Positions 1-13,700 of a stretch of DNA of 64,000 nucleotides are shown here, piece after piece (positions within the stretch are counted from its first letter, which is position 1; every line of letters starts with the position of its first letter). The notes beneath the pieces were generated by a model. It did no database searches, was not told where the DNA came from, and was given only the letters and a program-made list of their open reading frames with translations. The translations under genes and the position numbers were made by a program. Origin of the DNA: Oopsacas minuta (lineage: Eukaryota > Animalia > Porifera). The stretch spans positions 656,121 to 720,120 of the forward strand of contig JAKMXF010000210.1 of NCBI GenBank assembly GCA_024704765.1, in the 5' to 3' direction.

Positions 1-618
1 CCTCAGTATCTGCTGTACAGCTTCTTGTCCGTTCAGATGTATTAACCCATTCAATCTGACTATACACATATCTTTATCTAGTGTGTACTCTGAGTTTATT
101 CTAGCTAACATACTGTTTGTTATGAATGTCTTCCCTGATCCAGGTGGTCCTAGCAGAAGTACAGAATTACTCTCATCCCATTTCAAACTCCTCTCTACCA
201 GGGTGTAGAGGGATTGATAACATCCAATTTGGTACTCAAATAATCTCTTCTCCGGTACTGCTATCTTGGGATTAGCTCCTCCAAATAGAGACTGTTGTAC
301 TGTTTGTAGCTGCTTTATTGTAAATACCTGACCTTGCTTTTCAGACATTTGTTCAGACTGTAAGATTAGTTGTTAGTTCAATAATACAAGCTATTAACTA
401 ATGTATATTCAATAGAAGTACTTATTGCCCAATGTGGTTCTTGTAAGATCTAAAATAATACGTCATATGGTATTATGAACATATCAGCTCTGTTATCACC
501 TGTGTGTCAGCTGATTATATTATTAGTGTTATGTCAACTAAGCTTAATTATTTGCATACATAATTTGCTAATTTCTCTAAAAATAGAATTAATTCCTAAT
601 AATTCTATTTATAATCAT

Positions 619-1968
619 TTAATCCTCATTATAATCAAACTTAGCTCTCTTTTTTTGTTGTTGTTGTTCAGGTTCCACTTCTGCCACTTGTTTGTGTCGG
701 TACGCCACTTCTGGAGGAAGTTGGAAGCTAATTCTAATTTGCTCTTTAACCGTAGACACTTGTCTAACAAAGCTCGTATCACATGTAGTTAGTCTTGAGA
801 TTAGAATTCCTTCAACTCGTTGCTTTACTTCATTTTGCGGGTCTTCTCCACTTGCGAATGAATAGCAATGAATAGTTGGTAGTTGGAAACTATCCCTCTT
901 GTCTTCAGGTACTGATATAAATAGTCCGATAAAAGTATTCAGGAATCCTACAGCTGTTCCAGGGAGGTTCATTATTACATGAGAATACATTGTCTTCAGT
1001 TTGCTTGCGAACCCATCCCCTGATAGCTCGCTTTGGATCAGCTGTTCTGTTAATTTCTTTATAAACACGCGAGCATCCAAGTTATAACATTCCATTCTAT
1101 CAACTACTTTATTTATTTTTACATTCTCACTCATGAATTGGTAGCAATTCGGATTCAGATCGTTTGCATGTGCGAAGCATTTCTTTTTGCAAGCAAGTAT
1201 AGAGAAAGGACCGACTCCAGCAAACACGTCTAGAATGACTTGATTAGGCTTGAATAAGTCTGTGATTCTCTGTCTCTCTCCTTGTAATCTGGAGTTCCAG
1301 AAAGCTTTGAAATAGTCTAGCTTATAAGTACAGTATTGCTCTTTAACAGTTACTATTCCTGCATCTTTATCCCCTGCTATTACCTATAGCACATATCATA
1401 TACACTCTATCGTAGTTAGGATATATTAACTCACCTCCATGTCAAATATTCTGAATTCATTCTCTATCTTCCCTATCTTATTCACTACTGTTTTGATAGG
1501 GGTCAGCTTCTGCAATATAACTTCTCCTATAACGTGTTTGTAAGGTAATTGCTCGTCTCTAAGATTCACATGAGCTATGTGTCCAGCTGTCTCGAAAGCA
1601 GTAGGCACTACAGTATTTTCTGGTAGAATAGCAGACAGCAAGGCCTTTATTCCCCAGCTGGAGAATTCTAGTTGTATTTCTCTGTCTATGAACTTCATAT
1701 CCTCTGTTAGTGAGCTCTCTTCATGTGTAGATAGCTTATAATCAGGTTTCAATAAGATAGCTACTAGCTGGCTCGCACCTTCCTCTGGTGATGTTATGTC
1801 CATCACTCTACGTATATTGACTGAATCTAGAATGTTCTTCTTCAACACTTTGAGTAGTGAGTCCACTCCCTTTCTAGTTATTTGAAGAGCTGGCACTCTT
1901 ACTGTCTTCCTGAATAACTCTTTGTTCAGGATTTTCATGCCTCTTACAGCACTGGGCGGTAGCAACAT
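619..1968 (-). CDS. TRMT5: tRNA (guanine37-N1)-methyltransferase Trm5/TRMT5, 2 exons (1438..1968 and 619..1385, intron about 52 nt from GTGAGT to TATAG)
   Basis: The translation contains DVFAGVGPFSILACKK..AHANDLNP and MNLPGTAVGFL, which are the class-I SAM-MTase motifs characteristic of Trm5. The start is an ATG and a GTGAGT donor is visible on the minus strand near 1436. Confidence 0.8.
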
Positions 1969-2173
1969 GTGCCAATTATGCTAATTAATTAATTAATTAA
2001 TGATTTTCCTAATTATAAGGCACTGAACATATTTACTAAGCCTTTTATCATATAAAAGAAGAAATAGCTCAATTCTTGTATACCGCATATATATTTGTGT
2101 CATATTCAACACGATTAATTTTAGTACATGTGTTATTTGGCCACTAATCAGCTGGCGGAAGCATATGAATATT

Positions 2174-3241
2174 TTAAGTGGCTTGCTCTATCATAACCCA
2201 GCTACATGTTTTGTTAGATGTAGTTGCTGCTTGCATTACTCTACTGATTGAGTTCATATGTGAATGGTTAATGACATCAATCATTTGATCTGAAACTATC
2301 TCTTTGTCTAGAGTACCAGCCAAGCAATCCATCTGTCTTAATATTCCTTCTTCAAATGGTCTGCTGAATACGCCAGCTTCTGATTGAGACTCAACATCTA
2401 AAATCTTTATTTTCCCTTCTTCTCTAGATTCTTTGATTAAGTTAACTCCATCAAAACTCAACGAGGCGTATTCTCCAATAACTTTAATTAGGAATCTTTC
2501 TTTGCCAGGCACATTACCAATGCATTCAACGGTAGCGAAGGTGCCACTATTAGTTTTCAGTTGTAATGAGCAGAAATCATCACTGGATATTGTACGGAAT
2601 CCTTTTATCGTGTCTGTCTTCTTGAAGAATGTACACAATCTGCAACAAACTTCCTTTATATTCTCGTTACTAATGAACATTATTGCATCTATACAATGAC
2701 TTCCAAAGCAATTCAATACTCCTCCTCCCATCATGCCTTCACACATCCAATCAAAACAAGTAGTATTAAGACCCAGAGTAGTAGGCATTTCTAATCTTAT
2801 CTCAAATAGAGATAATTTTCCTAGAACTCCCTCTCCCACAACTTTCCTCATCTCTTGTACAGCTCTTACCATTCTCAGTGGGTAAGATAGATACGTTTGT
2901 TTTTTCCCGAAGAAGCTAGTAATAGTAGGAGACGGAGATGTGTAGAGACTGCAGATTAAACACAGTTTTTCCTTCTTACTCACTTCAATTAGTTCTCTCT
3001 CTATCAGCTTGGGAGCTGTAGCTATAAGCACCAGATTTACATCTAGATCTGAATAGATGTGTAGTGGAGATAGAGCTGGATATTTGACATTATAACGTAT
3101 AGATAGCATATCTGTATCTTGACTGTTGTAGCAGAATAGTGTATGAATAATATGTCCATTTCCTGTAAGAGTAGATAGCCAAGCTTCTACAAAGGATCCA
3201 TCTCCTATTACCCCAATCTTCAGAGGTCTACTCCCTTTCAT
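2174..3241 (-). CDS. Glucose-fructose oxidoreductase domain-containing protein (GFOD1/2-like, Gfo/Idh/MocA fold), single exon
   Basis: N-terminal Rossmann motif LKIGVIGDGSF and the GFOD-conserved block TDTIKGFRTISSDDFCSLQL (human GFOD1 has [20 protein letters not shown]). The first ATG is MKGSRP; the track's MVM start uses TTG. Confidence 0.8.
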   Translation of the reverse strand: MKGSRPLKIGVIGDGSFVEAWLSTLTGNGHIIHTLFCYNSQDTDMLSIRYNVKYPALSPLHIYSDLDVNLVLIATAPKLIERELIEVSKKEKLCLICSLYTSPSPTITSFFGKKQTYLSYPLRMVRAVQEMRKVVGEGVLGKLSLFEIRLEMPTTLGLNTTCFDWMCEGMMGGGVLNCFGSHCIDAIMFISNENIKEVCCRLCTFFKKTDTIKGFRTISSDDFCSLQLKTNSGTFATVECIGNVPGKERFLIKVIGEYASLSFDGVNLIKESREEGKIKILDVESQSEAGVFSRPFEEGILRQMDCLAGTLDKEIVSDQMIDVINHSHMNSISRVMQAATTSNKTCSWVMIEQAT

Positions 3242-5378
3242 TACCAAATTCTATTAAATAAATAAAATTTAAACACATTTAAAGTTGCTGGGTAAGAGTT
3301 CGGAGTTAATTTCCTAATTCTTATAACCTTACTTGAAGCACTACTCCTACACTATACCTTGACCTTATGTTCTGTGAATGGTCATTCAATAATTACATAG
3401 TTTATATACAGAAGTAATTAGGGGAAATTAATGCCTTGAGTATTCTAGGCAGCTAAACAATTGCTAGGACCAGTGGCGCTATAGATTCACCTCCCGCCGA
3501 GTAATTATGTAACAAACTAACAATTAAACACTTGTACAAATTTAGCTGAGAAAAACCTGCTGTATAATTTGTAAGTAATTTGGAATTATAGACATTCTCT
3601 ATCTGCACCACCTAGCTTGACATTTCTCACTCATCCTATTATCTCTGTTGTTAGGCGAGTCCAACAAGCAGGTTACTAGCAAATTCAAATTCTTAGCCCA
3701 ATTGTCTATACTCTAATGTAGTATCTGTCCTATGACACATACATCTACATTTGCAGATATTTCCACTTTCAACCACTAGCCCTATTCTTTGCCCATTCAT
3801 TGACCTAGCTATTCATGCATCTTACATATTGAAATTTTTAAATACACTCAGATCACGCAGTAGATAATATGATAGTAGCAATGAAGAGAAAAGCTTGAGG
3901 ACATCAGTATTGGCTAGTTTCTGGCTAAGCAACATTATAATAGGCATTGCCATCAGTAGTATATTGCAGCTAAGTCAATAAATTGCTTGCATTTCTATTC
4001 TGAGTGCGTTAATAATGTAAACAAGTCTATTGGATTTATTTATTTATAAGATTTTCTATTTATTTTGACATTTCAACTGATTACACACTTTCAAACACAT
4101 CTAGCAAATCTGTGAGTTTTTTTCTGTTTTTGTATTATTGGTGAATATTATTAGTATAATTTCCAATTATCTTAATAATGAGTTCCTTCAACTTCAATTC
4201 TCTTAATACAGCACTTAATGTCCTCATCACCATTGGGCACGGATTTAGACCACCCTTTCAGAAGATTAGAAAGTCGTTACATTTCATTTGACAGAAGCGT
4301 TCACTTTAGTGAGCCTCGTTCAACCCAACACTCCGATCCTTTGAATCTGAAAATATCAGAATTGCTCGGCCCCTATAGTCAGGTATCTCCTCATCTCCTC
4401 TCAGAGCTAAAAGACAGTAAGTTTACTAAATCTTATGACTTTAATTACTGAATTGTATTCCTATATTTCTTCCCTAGGTCCAGATAGTCTGTTTGGCATT
4501 GAACCGTTGAATACTATTTCACCAAAACATCAAAGACAGAGACCTTCATCTTCAGGTACCTACCTATGCCTTATTCAGTATACACGTAATACTCTAATCC
4601 TTTAATCTCTCCAATCTTCCACTAGCACTAGCTGCTACTGGGTTAATTAATAGTTACCTCTAATTACATCAAAGAATAGCTCCTGCTTAAAATATTTGGA
4701 ACTATATTTGCATAAAGAAGTTACAAATATCTCCTAATATGCTCGATGCTAGATTTCACTTTGTCATTATCTTGTCCTTGCTTCCTAATATATATTCATA
4801 CGAACATTCCTGTACTAATCTCGTTTGTATCTCAACTCATAACACTTCCATCTTGCTAGTTTAGTTCTAGAGATTAGCATAATGCATAATACTGTATCTC
4901 AGAACTTTAGACAGCCCTCTGTTCTTTACTTGTAATTGTAGTTTCATTATTGCCCAATGTAATTACTTATGCCAGTTTTCAATATGACTACATTAGCTTG
5001 TCATATAATTATGTAAATCGAGCACAAGCAACTTGCACTTACGACTGATGTAACCACCTGATAGCATCTGGAAATCTTATTATGTTTACTAACACGCAGA
5101 ACTTTCCTAGGAATACTTAGAATATAGATTTAACTCAGTTTATCAGTAATAAATTTATAATCTCTCATAACTACCACCTGTGTAACCTTTATTTCTTCAA
5201 AATGTGAACTCAAAAAACACAACACAATTAAGAGCATTTTGCATTTTCGCTAACGTGAACTATCCCCATTTCTAAATTTTATGCTTATGGCCTGTTTGTG
5301 ATAATCAAGTATAAATAGATGACCATTTGATGACTGAGAAATTTATCATTCTTATTCTTAGATCAAAAGCTAGGCAAA

Positions 5379-8300
5379 ATGATGGGCCAAAGCTCGAGGC
5401 CTGTCTCCCCCCCGGGGAAGAAACACACCCCCAGACAACCCTTTAACCCAGCCGTACAAAGACCCAACCAAATAAATAAGCACCTAAAACCGCAAAAAAA
5501 TCCAGAGAACAAACCTCGGCCAATTAACCCATACCCATTGCATAATTCAGGTAAACATGGATCACGTACATTTCTTTCCAGTTCCAGTCCTAACACTAAT
5601 TCACATACACACAAGAACGGTTCAATCAGTAGGAAGACTAAGTACGATACTCCAACCACTCTGCAGGATAGCAGTACTGATATTAAGATGAAGAAGCCTA
5701 TAAACAACACAGCTCCTATGTTCCCTAAGAGACCGGATAAAGTCAGGAAAGAAGAACACAACATGAACTCTAAGAAACTTCTTCATTCTGATACAGTCAA
5801 TAGCTCTAGACCTGTGAATGGAGAACATCTGGATTTCTCTCAAAAGATATCTCCCAAAGAAGATACTAAAACAGCTACAATCCTTCCGGCACGTGTCTTA
5901 AAGCCTCCTAGTGACAAACCTCGTCCCCCTACCAACAAGAATCCTGAAGAGTTCACTTCTAAGAACAACCAAGTTCCTAATCTAGACCTATCATTATCTT
6001 TAAATAGGTCGAATTTACATGACGATAGTTTCAATGACATATTCGCTATTGGTAAGATTATTTTATTATTCTTATTAGTGATAATGCTTATCTAAAATCG
6101 TATGGTGTGTCTAGGGATGGAGCCTCTCCCCACCCCCCTCACTGAGATACAGACACCAGTTGGTAACAAGAAGTTCCTAGCTTTCCTTTCTAACCAGACT
6201 AAACCACGTTTAGATCTACCGCAGCAAAAAGAAGCTAATTCTAATCGTTTGTTTACTGAGAAAGTAGTAGAGCAGAATAGCTCTGATTCAGAGGATAGCT
6301 CAGACAGTGATTCAGAGCATGAACACAATCATGATCAGGGGACAACTAGTAGCAGACGTGGTGATGTAAGTATATTATTATTATTTATTTGAGGAGAGAG
6401 AGAGAGAGAGAGAGCACGGCATTGATTAGCTAGTTTCTGTTGTGTAGAACTTTCTAGACATTATTGTGAGTTCAGATTCTGAGAGCAGTGATTCCTCACC
6501 GATTCAAGCCCCCTCTTACACCAACACAGAGGACATATTCATGTCTATTCCTCCAAAAAGAGTGGATATGATAACTGAGCCAGCTCCTGTACACAACAGA
6601 GGTTGGGAGTCTAGTCCTTCTTCTGACAGCTCCAATGGAGATAGCAATATCCACTCTTGGAATAAAATGAATATTACATCTAATCACAAGTAAGGCTATT
6701 AGATTCCCTCTTCCCTTTATTTGCTGTGTATTTCATCTACTGGTACAAAATTGCTCCTTTGAATATATTCAAGTTGCAAGACAGTCTTTTAATCGCTAAT
6801 TACTGCGTACATTATTCTAAATAATTAATATACCTAATCTTACTCCTGAGTGTAGCTACGTATCACATGTACCTAAATATTTACAAGTATTTCATTAATT
6901 GGTCTCTTTCTGTTTCAGAACTGAGTGCCCTTATTGGGACTCTCATCGTTCTACCTCTCCTCCTCGTGACTTGAATCCTCGTCTCAATGCCACCTCAGAA
7001 CCAGTCATGCATCTCAAAAGCTCAATGGTAAGATAATCATATATGTGTATACATGCTGTAATATATGATAATTTATACGCCTCAGCTAATCATTACAGAC
7101 AAATTTAATAATTATCTGCGTAATTCTATAAACAAGCAATCTTTGTTTACTACAACAACAAGATCTAATTTGATCTAGTATAATTTTATGACTGTACACA
7201 ACTATATTGTTACAAGACAACATTGAAAAGAATAACTACACTATTGTGTTATATCATAAACAATACACACTACAGAGTTTAGTATATTGTTTGTTCTACA
7301 GCCACGGAGTAGAGAGATGTCTCATGATTCCGATTCAAATTCCCCGAAACGATTGAAGATTTCAATCTCCTTAGATAAGATTGCAATACTTGACAAGGTC
7401 AAGCCTCTAATTGTTAGCTTCCCTAGAGTGAAAATCTCTCTCCCTGGAGATAAGCCCCCTGAGAGTAGCAAGCAGATGGCACGTGTTCAACCTATCCAGA
7501 GACTTCCTGACTCTGGAAAGGATATGTCTATTCCTCCAACTTATAGCTGTCCACATAGGTAACTAATGAACATACTAAGCACATAACCTCTTTATTTATT
7601 TAAGTTATATCAAATATTTGTATCTTGTATTACAAACATATAAAGATGCTAATCTTATTCTATATAGAGTAGCAGAAGTACAGCCTCAGAAAAAGATACC
7701 TCACAAAGGTGCTCGAAACATGATCAATTCTCCAGATATGTCCTGGCACATGGATGCCTGCTATGAACCCCCTGTCTCTAGTACTATGATCCCACCCACT
7801 CAAAGCTCTGCTGATGACAGATGGGGTACCAGCAGTCACACTGGCGTATCGTATCCCTCTAAAATAGCACGTCCCTCTACCTCTCATGACTATCTCACGG
7901 TTAGTATTACGATTATATTCACCAGATTTGTTGTTTTAGCTAGATACTTTTTAGGAGGCTAAAGGTCTGAAACATCAAGCAGACCATTTCAAATGTAGCT
8001 ACAAGAAAGCGCTATTCTACTGTGAAGCAGCACTCAGCTTCATGCTATACGGAGATCAGCTGGAGGACAAGACTGAGGCTATTCCTACTTACTCAGATAC
8101 ATTTGATCTGCTAGAGTTTGTATTGAGACCTGCTAGCAGTAGCGGGGGTGGACTAGGATTCTCTAGCTCTAAACAAAGTCCTCAGCTGATTACTATCTGT
8201 ATGAGATGTCAAGCAGTTATTCTCAATAGAATATTCGTTATTAAGCAGGATTCATTAAGGAGCACACACAAGGAGCTACACGAGTTCTTTAGCGTTTATA

Positions 8301-8678
8301 AATCGGACACCAAAGCTAAGACCCCTCTGTCAAACAAATCTCCATATGCCTCTTCCTGGTCTCCCACTAACATGGTACAAGTTCCCCAGAAGATCGCTAC
8401 TATGAACTCGGACTATCTCCAGGTAATTATTGACTATATAGATAACTACCATGCTGATGTGCTAGTGTAATTTATCCTGCTTTATTCAGGTTCTGGAGTA
8501 TCAATTCAATAGCTTAGAGTTATGGAACAAATCACAACTATACGAAGACGATGTACTTCCATTTATTCAAAGCCTCAACAACTCTGTTGGCAAATCAGTA
8601 GAGATTTACAGCTCCATTAAAGATATTACGACTTGGTGTAAAACCGGTTTACATTGGTTAAGGAAAGATCAGACGTGA
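5379..8678 (+). CDS. AF4/FMR2 (AFF, lilliputian) family protein, 8 exons (about 5379..6052, 6115..6365, 6466..6690, 6919..7028, 7302..7558, 7668..7899, 7955..8422, 8490..8678)
   Basis: Long Ser/Pro-rich N-terminal half. The C-terminal exons reproduce the AF4 C-terminal homology domain: EAKGLKHQADHF..ALFYCEAALSFMLYG, LITICMRCQAVILNRIFVIKQD, VPQKIATMNSDYLQV and KTGLHWLRKDQT, compared with human AFF4 EAKRLKHNADAL..AVYYLDAVVSFIECG, LTVLCLRCESLL, IPQKIHQMAASYVQV and RQGLHWLRQDAKL. Exon joins are read from GTAAG/GTTAGT donors and pyrimidine-AG acceptors with consistent phase. Confidence 0.7.
6391..6414. repeat. (GA)n microsatellite in an intron of the AF4-like gene
   Basis: gaggagagagagagagagagagag is read directly. 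Confidence 0.9.
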
Positions 8679-9234
8679 CTTGTGATGTGACTGTGTACAT
8701 ATCCTTATTTTTAAAGCATCCTATTACAACCCTAACCTCTTTTGACGCTTTTAAATATATCAACTCGCTCCAGATATTGTATATTAATTGACCTGCCTAA
8801 TTTTACTATTTTTACTCATCACTCATGAATCTTCCTCGCCCAATCAATAGCCCTTATTAATAAATATCGCATTTGTCGCACTCTATATGCTGGCATAGAA
8901 TATATATATATATTGTATATTACAATTCTTGTGAACGCAAGAACATTTAGAAATCCTCTTGTTATTCTTATCATTATTAATTATTTAGAAATACACCTTG
9001 TTTCAATTATTTGTTATATCGTAAGGGGTGGGACATGGTTCATGAGTACCTCTATTGAGACTTTACATTATACCCATGATGACCATACATGGTGAACTAT
9101 AAGCATTATCAGCGATTATATTATGGGAAATTGAGGGGATTTGTATCTCCTTACAAGGCATTAATTATTCTATAATTACAATTAGCAATTAGTAATCATA
9201 ATCACAACTTTATAACATCTAACAGATATTTATC

Positions 9235-9837
9235 ATGCGATATTATTTGCTACTATGCTTGCTATGTGTACTGACCTATCGAGTCTTATCACATTCGTGT
9301 AATTCTGCTCAACAATGTACAGCTACATCCTTAGTACAAAACAGCTTTCTTGTTCAATGTATTGATAATCAATGCGTTTGCGAGAGCGATTGTTTCTTCT
9401 ATGATTTTTATGTTAGAGGCAACATAACAGACACTTGTATCATAAATTCAGTCTGCTACTCATATTCCTCAGAGAATGATACCTGTTATCTTATCACTAA
9501 GTCTGCTAACAGTGCTGTCATATACGCACTATTCCTCGGCTATGTGGGTGGTGCTAACTATTATATAGGTCGTTATGATCAAGCAATAATACAAACTATA
9601 TTATTTCTTATTTTAGTCCCATTCTCTCTACTGTTATGTGCTCTTAACGTTTATTGTTGTAGAGGTCACAAACGAAGATCCTCTTTAACTATTCGTTGGT
9701 TTATCTGTAATTGTATCGGGGTAGTTATTGTTGTGCTACTGAGTGTAGTACTGTTCATTTGGTGGATTGTGGATATATTTCTGTTTGCTAACAATATGAA
9801 GCTGGACGGCAATCAATGCTCTCTCTCAGTCAGCTGA
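9235..9837 (+). CDS. TM2 domain-containing protein (TM2D family)
   Basis: Signal peptide, a Cys-rich ectodomain, then LGYVGGANYYIGRYDQAIIQ (the TM2 Gx3Gx3..Q signature between two TM helices), and a second TM helix. Confidence 0.6.
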   Translation: MRYYLLLCLLCVLTYRVLSHSCNSAQQCTATSLVQNSFLVQCIDNQCVCESDCFFYDFYVRGNITDTCIINSVCYSYSSENDTCYLITKSANSAVIYALFLGYVGGANYYIGRYDQAIIQTILFLILVPFSLLLCALNVYCCRGHKRRSSLTIRWFICNCIGVVIVVLLSVVLFIWWIVDIFLFANNMKLDGNQCSLSVS

Positions 9838-10092
9838 GAGCCCTGTTATTTTTGAAGCAACTCTAGTAATATTTGTGATAATACGTATATATTGTTTTGC
9901 TCTGTAATTATACAGTATTAGTAGCAGCGGAATAAGAAGCCATAATTAATAGTATCACTATATAACTTGCTATGTCATTTGCTTAGTCATTTTGCTGACT
10001 GTAATAATAATAATACATCAAAGGAAGCTGTATATAATTATAACATATAGAGGAAATTTATGGCATAATATTATATCCGTCAATAGCTTGAC

Positions 10093-10674
10093 ATGTCAAT
10101 TGACACATCTCCTAACCTTATGACAGAATCAGCATCTACTCAACCTCCAGAAGATGCCGCTACCTTAGAGATCAAACAGAAGATGTTGTCAAACTTCTCA
10201 GTGTTTGATCACGAGAATACCAAGACTGTAGATGTTAGTGAGGTGAGGGCTATCGTAGCCTCTCTGGAGCTGTACCCCACTCAGACAGAGCTACACGATC
10301 TGATAACTGAGATGGAGGAGGAGGAACCTACTGGTTACATACGGTATGATAGGTTTGAACCAGTAAGTGCATTAGCCATATAAATGATTGGGTAATATAC
10401 TTATAGTGTATTATAGGTAGTGTTTAAAGCTGTAGCAGAGAAGCGCTACTCTCCTGCTAGCGAGGAGATCTTATTGAAAGCATTCGAGACTCTAGACAGA
10501 GATAACAGAGGATATCTAACACCTGAGGATATTGAGGCTTACTTCACTGAGGGGGAAGATTCATTTTCTAAAGAAGAATTAGATGAGTTCTTACACTCAG
10601 CAATAGATCCTAATACTGGGAATATTAACTACAGAGATTTTGTACAATCAATGCTAGAACAGGATTCTAACTAA
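10093..10674 (+). CDS. EF-hand calcium-binding protein (calmodulin-like, EFCAB2/DRC8-like), 2 exons (10093..10362, 10417..10674)
   Basis: Canonical EF-hand loop DRDNRGYLTPEDIEAYF and a second degenerate loop DPNTGNINYRDF. CCA|GTAAGT donor and tatag acceptor, phase 0. Confidence 0.6.
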
Positions 10675-10775
10675 CAGCCTAATCACTCAGTATATTACTA
10701 TTAATAACTACACAATGTATAACCTTATTACTAAATGTTATTATGATATTCGTTAGCTGATTGAAATGCTTTAGA

Positions 10776-13700
10776 ATGGATGATAAATCTCGGAGTGATA
10801 ATAAGAACGATAACTTTAAAGTGGGTCTACGAGTTAGACCCCCTCTAACCAAGGAGTCCAATAGCAAAAGATGTGTGCATCTGGAGCATGGAGGTGTGTC
10901 TGTATTCAGAGGGAACCTGGGATTAGACCTGAGAGGCAGGTCTCCTCAAGCTCTCATTGACGTCACTGACTTAGCAAATCTACAACCTGACCCTAAGCCT
11001 CAGACATTCTTCTATGATAGTTTGTTTGATATAACAGCATTACAGGTATAATAACCGCTATATTATAGCTATACTAGTGTTATCTATTATTAATTGTAGG
11101 AAGAAGTGTATGATACTTGTGCTCAGCCTATTGTCCTATCAGTACTGGAGGGATACAATGGTAGTGTTATAGCATACGGACAGACTGGTACTGGTAAGAC
11201 ACACACGATAGAAGGGACATATAGTGAGGAGGGGAGAGGCCTGATCCCTAGGTGTTCTGAGGAGATATTTCATTTTATTCAGAATAAAGCTGACTCGGAT
11301 TCTAAGTTCTTAGTAAGTTATCTAAACAAATAATAAAGAACAAACAATTCTATTATTTATTGGTGCTTTCAACTGGCTTCTTCTTGGCGGTGAGCAATAC
11401 TCCCGCTACTATAACGAACACTGTAAATCCCTGAGCTGCTACACGGGCCCGCATCATCAAATTTGACTTTCTTTGATCACCTTTAACGAACTGATATAAT
11501 CCATAAGAAAGTGCTGCTACTGTCAGTCCACATCCCAGAGGTACGAAGGGGTTTTCCTTGAGTTTCCTCCAGAGCTTCTCTCTCCTGGTCTCGGGTCCTG
11601 AGTAGATATATTCAGACAGCTGATCAGCAGTTATCTTATCTGAACTCATAGCTAAATAATAAATAGAAATTAGTTTATCAACCATAGATAAGAACTATAA
11701 ATTATAGGTACGGGTCTCCTTCTTGGAAATTTATAACGAGCGTCTATTTGACCTACTGGATCCATCTCATGAAAAGCTACGAGTACGCGAGGACGGCTCC
11801 AGCTGTACGTTTGTAGAGGGACTGAGTGAACACGTGGTTAAAGGGACCATGGATGTGAACAGACTTCTCAGGAAGGGATCAACAGCTCGTATAACAGATG
11901 GTTCTAAAATGAACAAAGAGAGTAGTCGCAGTCATGCTGTATTCACAATAGTGATAGAGCGATCTGGCGGATCATACAGGAGTAGAGTAACTATTGGGAA
12001 ATTACGCTTGGTTGATTTAGCTGGCTCTGAGAGGTGAGAATTGCCGCGAAATAACGCATAGTAATTCAGTTAATTCCCTCCTAATAGATTTGATATAGAA
12101 GCAAAAGACAAACATTTAACAGAGACTAAGAACATCAATACATCTCTCACAACATTCGGTAAAGTAGTTCTAGCCCTGACTAGCTCTGGATATCACTCCT
12201 ACATACCGTACAGAGACAGTAAGCTGACTAGGATCCTACAGGACTCCCTGGGTGGTAACAGCAAGGCCTTCTTAGTATGTACAGTCAGTCCTATGACAGA
12301 TTGCTATCTGGAGACCTTAAGTACTCTAAAATTCGCTCAGCGAGCTAAACATATACAGAATAAAGCTATTGTGAATCAGGACTTTACGAAGAAGGCAATG
12401 CTCTCTGCCTACGAGAAGGAGATAGCTCGTCTACACAAGGAACTGATCGAGAGCAGAGAGGGATGGGTATCTGCTGGGGAGTTAGAGAGAGTTAAAGAGG
12501 AGAAAGAGAGAGTTGAGTTAGAAAGAGAGGAGGTTATGCATATGCTGGCTAGACAGAACGAGCAGAGTAATCTGAAGGAAGATGAGAGAGAGAGTCTTGA
12601 GAAAAAGATACAGGAATTAGAGCTTCTTGTACTTAAGGTAATATATATCATATAATATAATATATTATTAGTTAAATATTCTTGTTCAGGGTGGTGATAA
12701 GTCTAAAGGGTCGTTAATAACTCCTGAAAGAGAGCTAGTCGATCAGAGACAAGCTCTAGAAGCAGAAAGGAAGAGATTAGAGGACGAGAGGATAGCATTT
12801 AAGCAAGAGAAAGATTCTTTCTTGAGAGCAAGAACAGCTCCTGACGGACAGACGGGATCTGATGAGGAAAATACCGACATGACGTCACCATATCGTCGAC
12901 GTGCTGGCAGTATAAGTTCATCAATCAGTTCATTACGTACTGGTCAGAACACACCAATTATGAGACAGTCTAGATGGTCTCAAAACTACGCGTCTATGTA
13001 TCCAGCTGGTCCTGTAATAGGTAGGAGTCACCAAGGATGGGTAGGATATCCTGTAAGTTATCATTAATGCTTATACATTACTCATTCTATTGATTATTAA
13101 CTTTATAGCAGCAAAGAAGCTCTGTAACAGCTCTCTTAGACGCATCGTACAGGAAGTCTCTTATCACATACGTCACTGCTCTGGCTAATCCTAAGACAGG
13201 AATTCCGTGTAAACAGTTCGATAATGGTTTGTCTGTGTTCTCAGGCAGTCATGCAGTCAAATGGTTCATGGATAATATGGATGGAGTAGGTAGTGTAAAT
13301 GCTGCTGCTGACGTAGGACAGAAGTTAATGAATCTACAGGTAATATCCCTGTTCCATTAATTCATAAATAATTATTACTTATAACAATTGTATAGGTGTT
13401 TATTAGCATGGACGGGACTCTACACTTCCTTCCTTCAGACACCAATTACTACAGATTCTCTCCTGAGTATATTCCTATTCATTCATCCTATCCTAGCAGA
13501 GAGAGTATACACTCAATAGACAGACCTATCTCCTCAGCTGTTCCTTCTATCAGGTCTAATAAATCCAGGAGCTTATCACCTGAATCCTATCCTCTGTCAA
13601 ATATGACATCTGACAACCTATCAACTAACACATACAGTCTCTTGTCTGATACGTCTTCTATTAGTAGTTACTCCTCCATGTCCTCAGCTACCAGGATACC

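Noticed and set aside
475-792. 105-aa + ORF overlapping the TRMT5 3' exon
   Set aside because: Antisense to the conserved TRMT5 coding sequence. The translation is low-complexity Leu/Ile-rich.
2433-2699. 88-aa + ORF inside the GFOD gene
   Set aside because: Antisense overlap with a well-supported minus-strand CDS.
4218-4451. 77-aa + ORF in the gene-free region upstream of the AF4-like gene
   Set aside because: Short, with no motif and no splice context. It could be an untranslated 5' exon of the AF4-like gene, but I cannot support it as coding.
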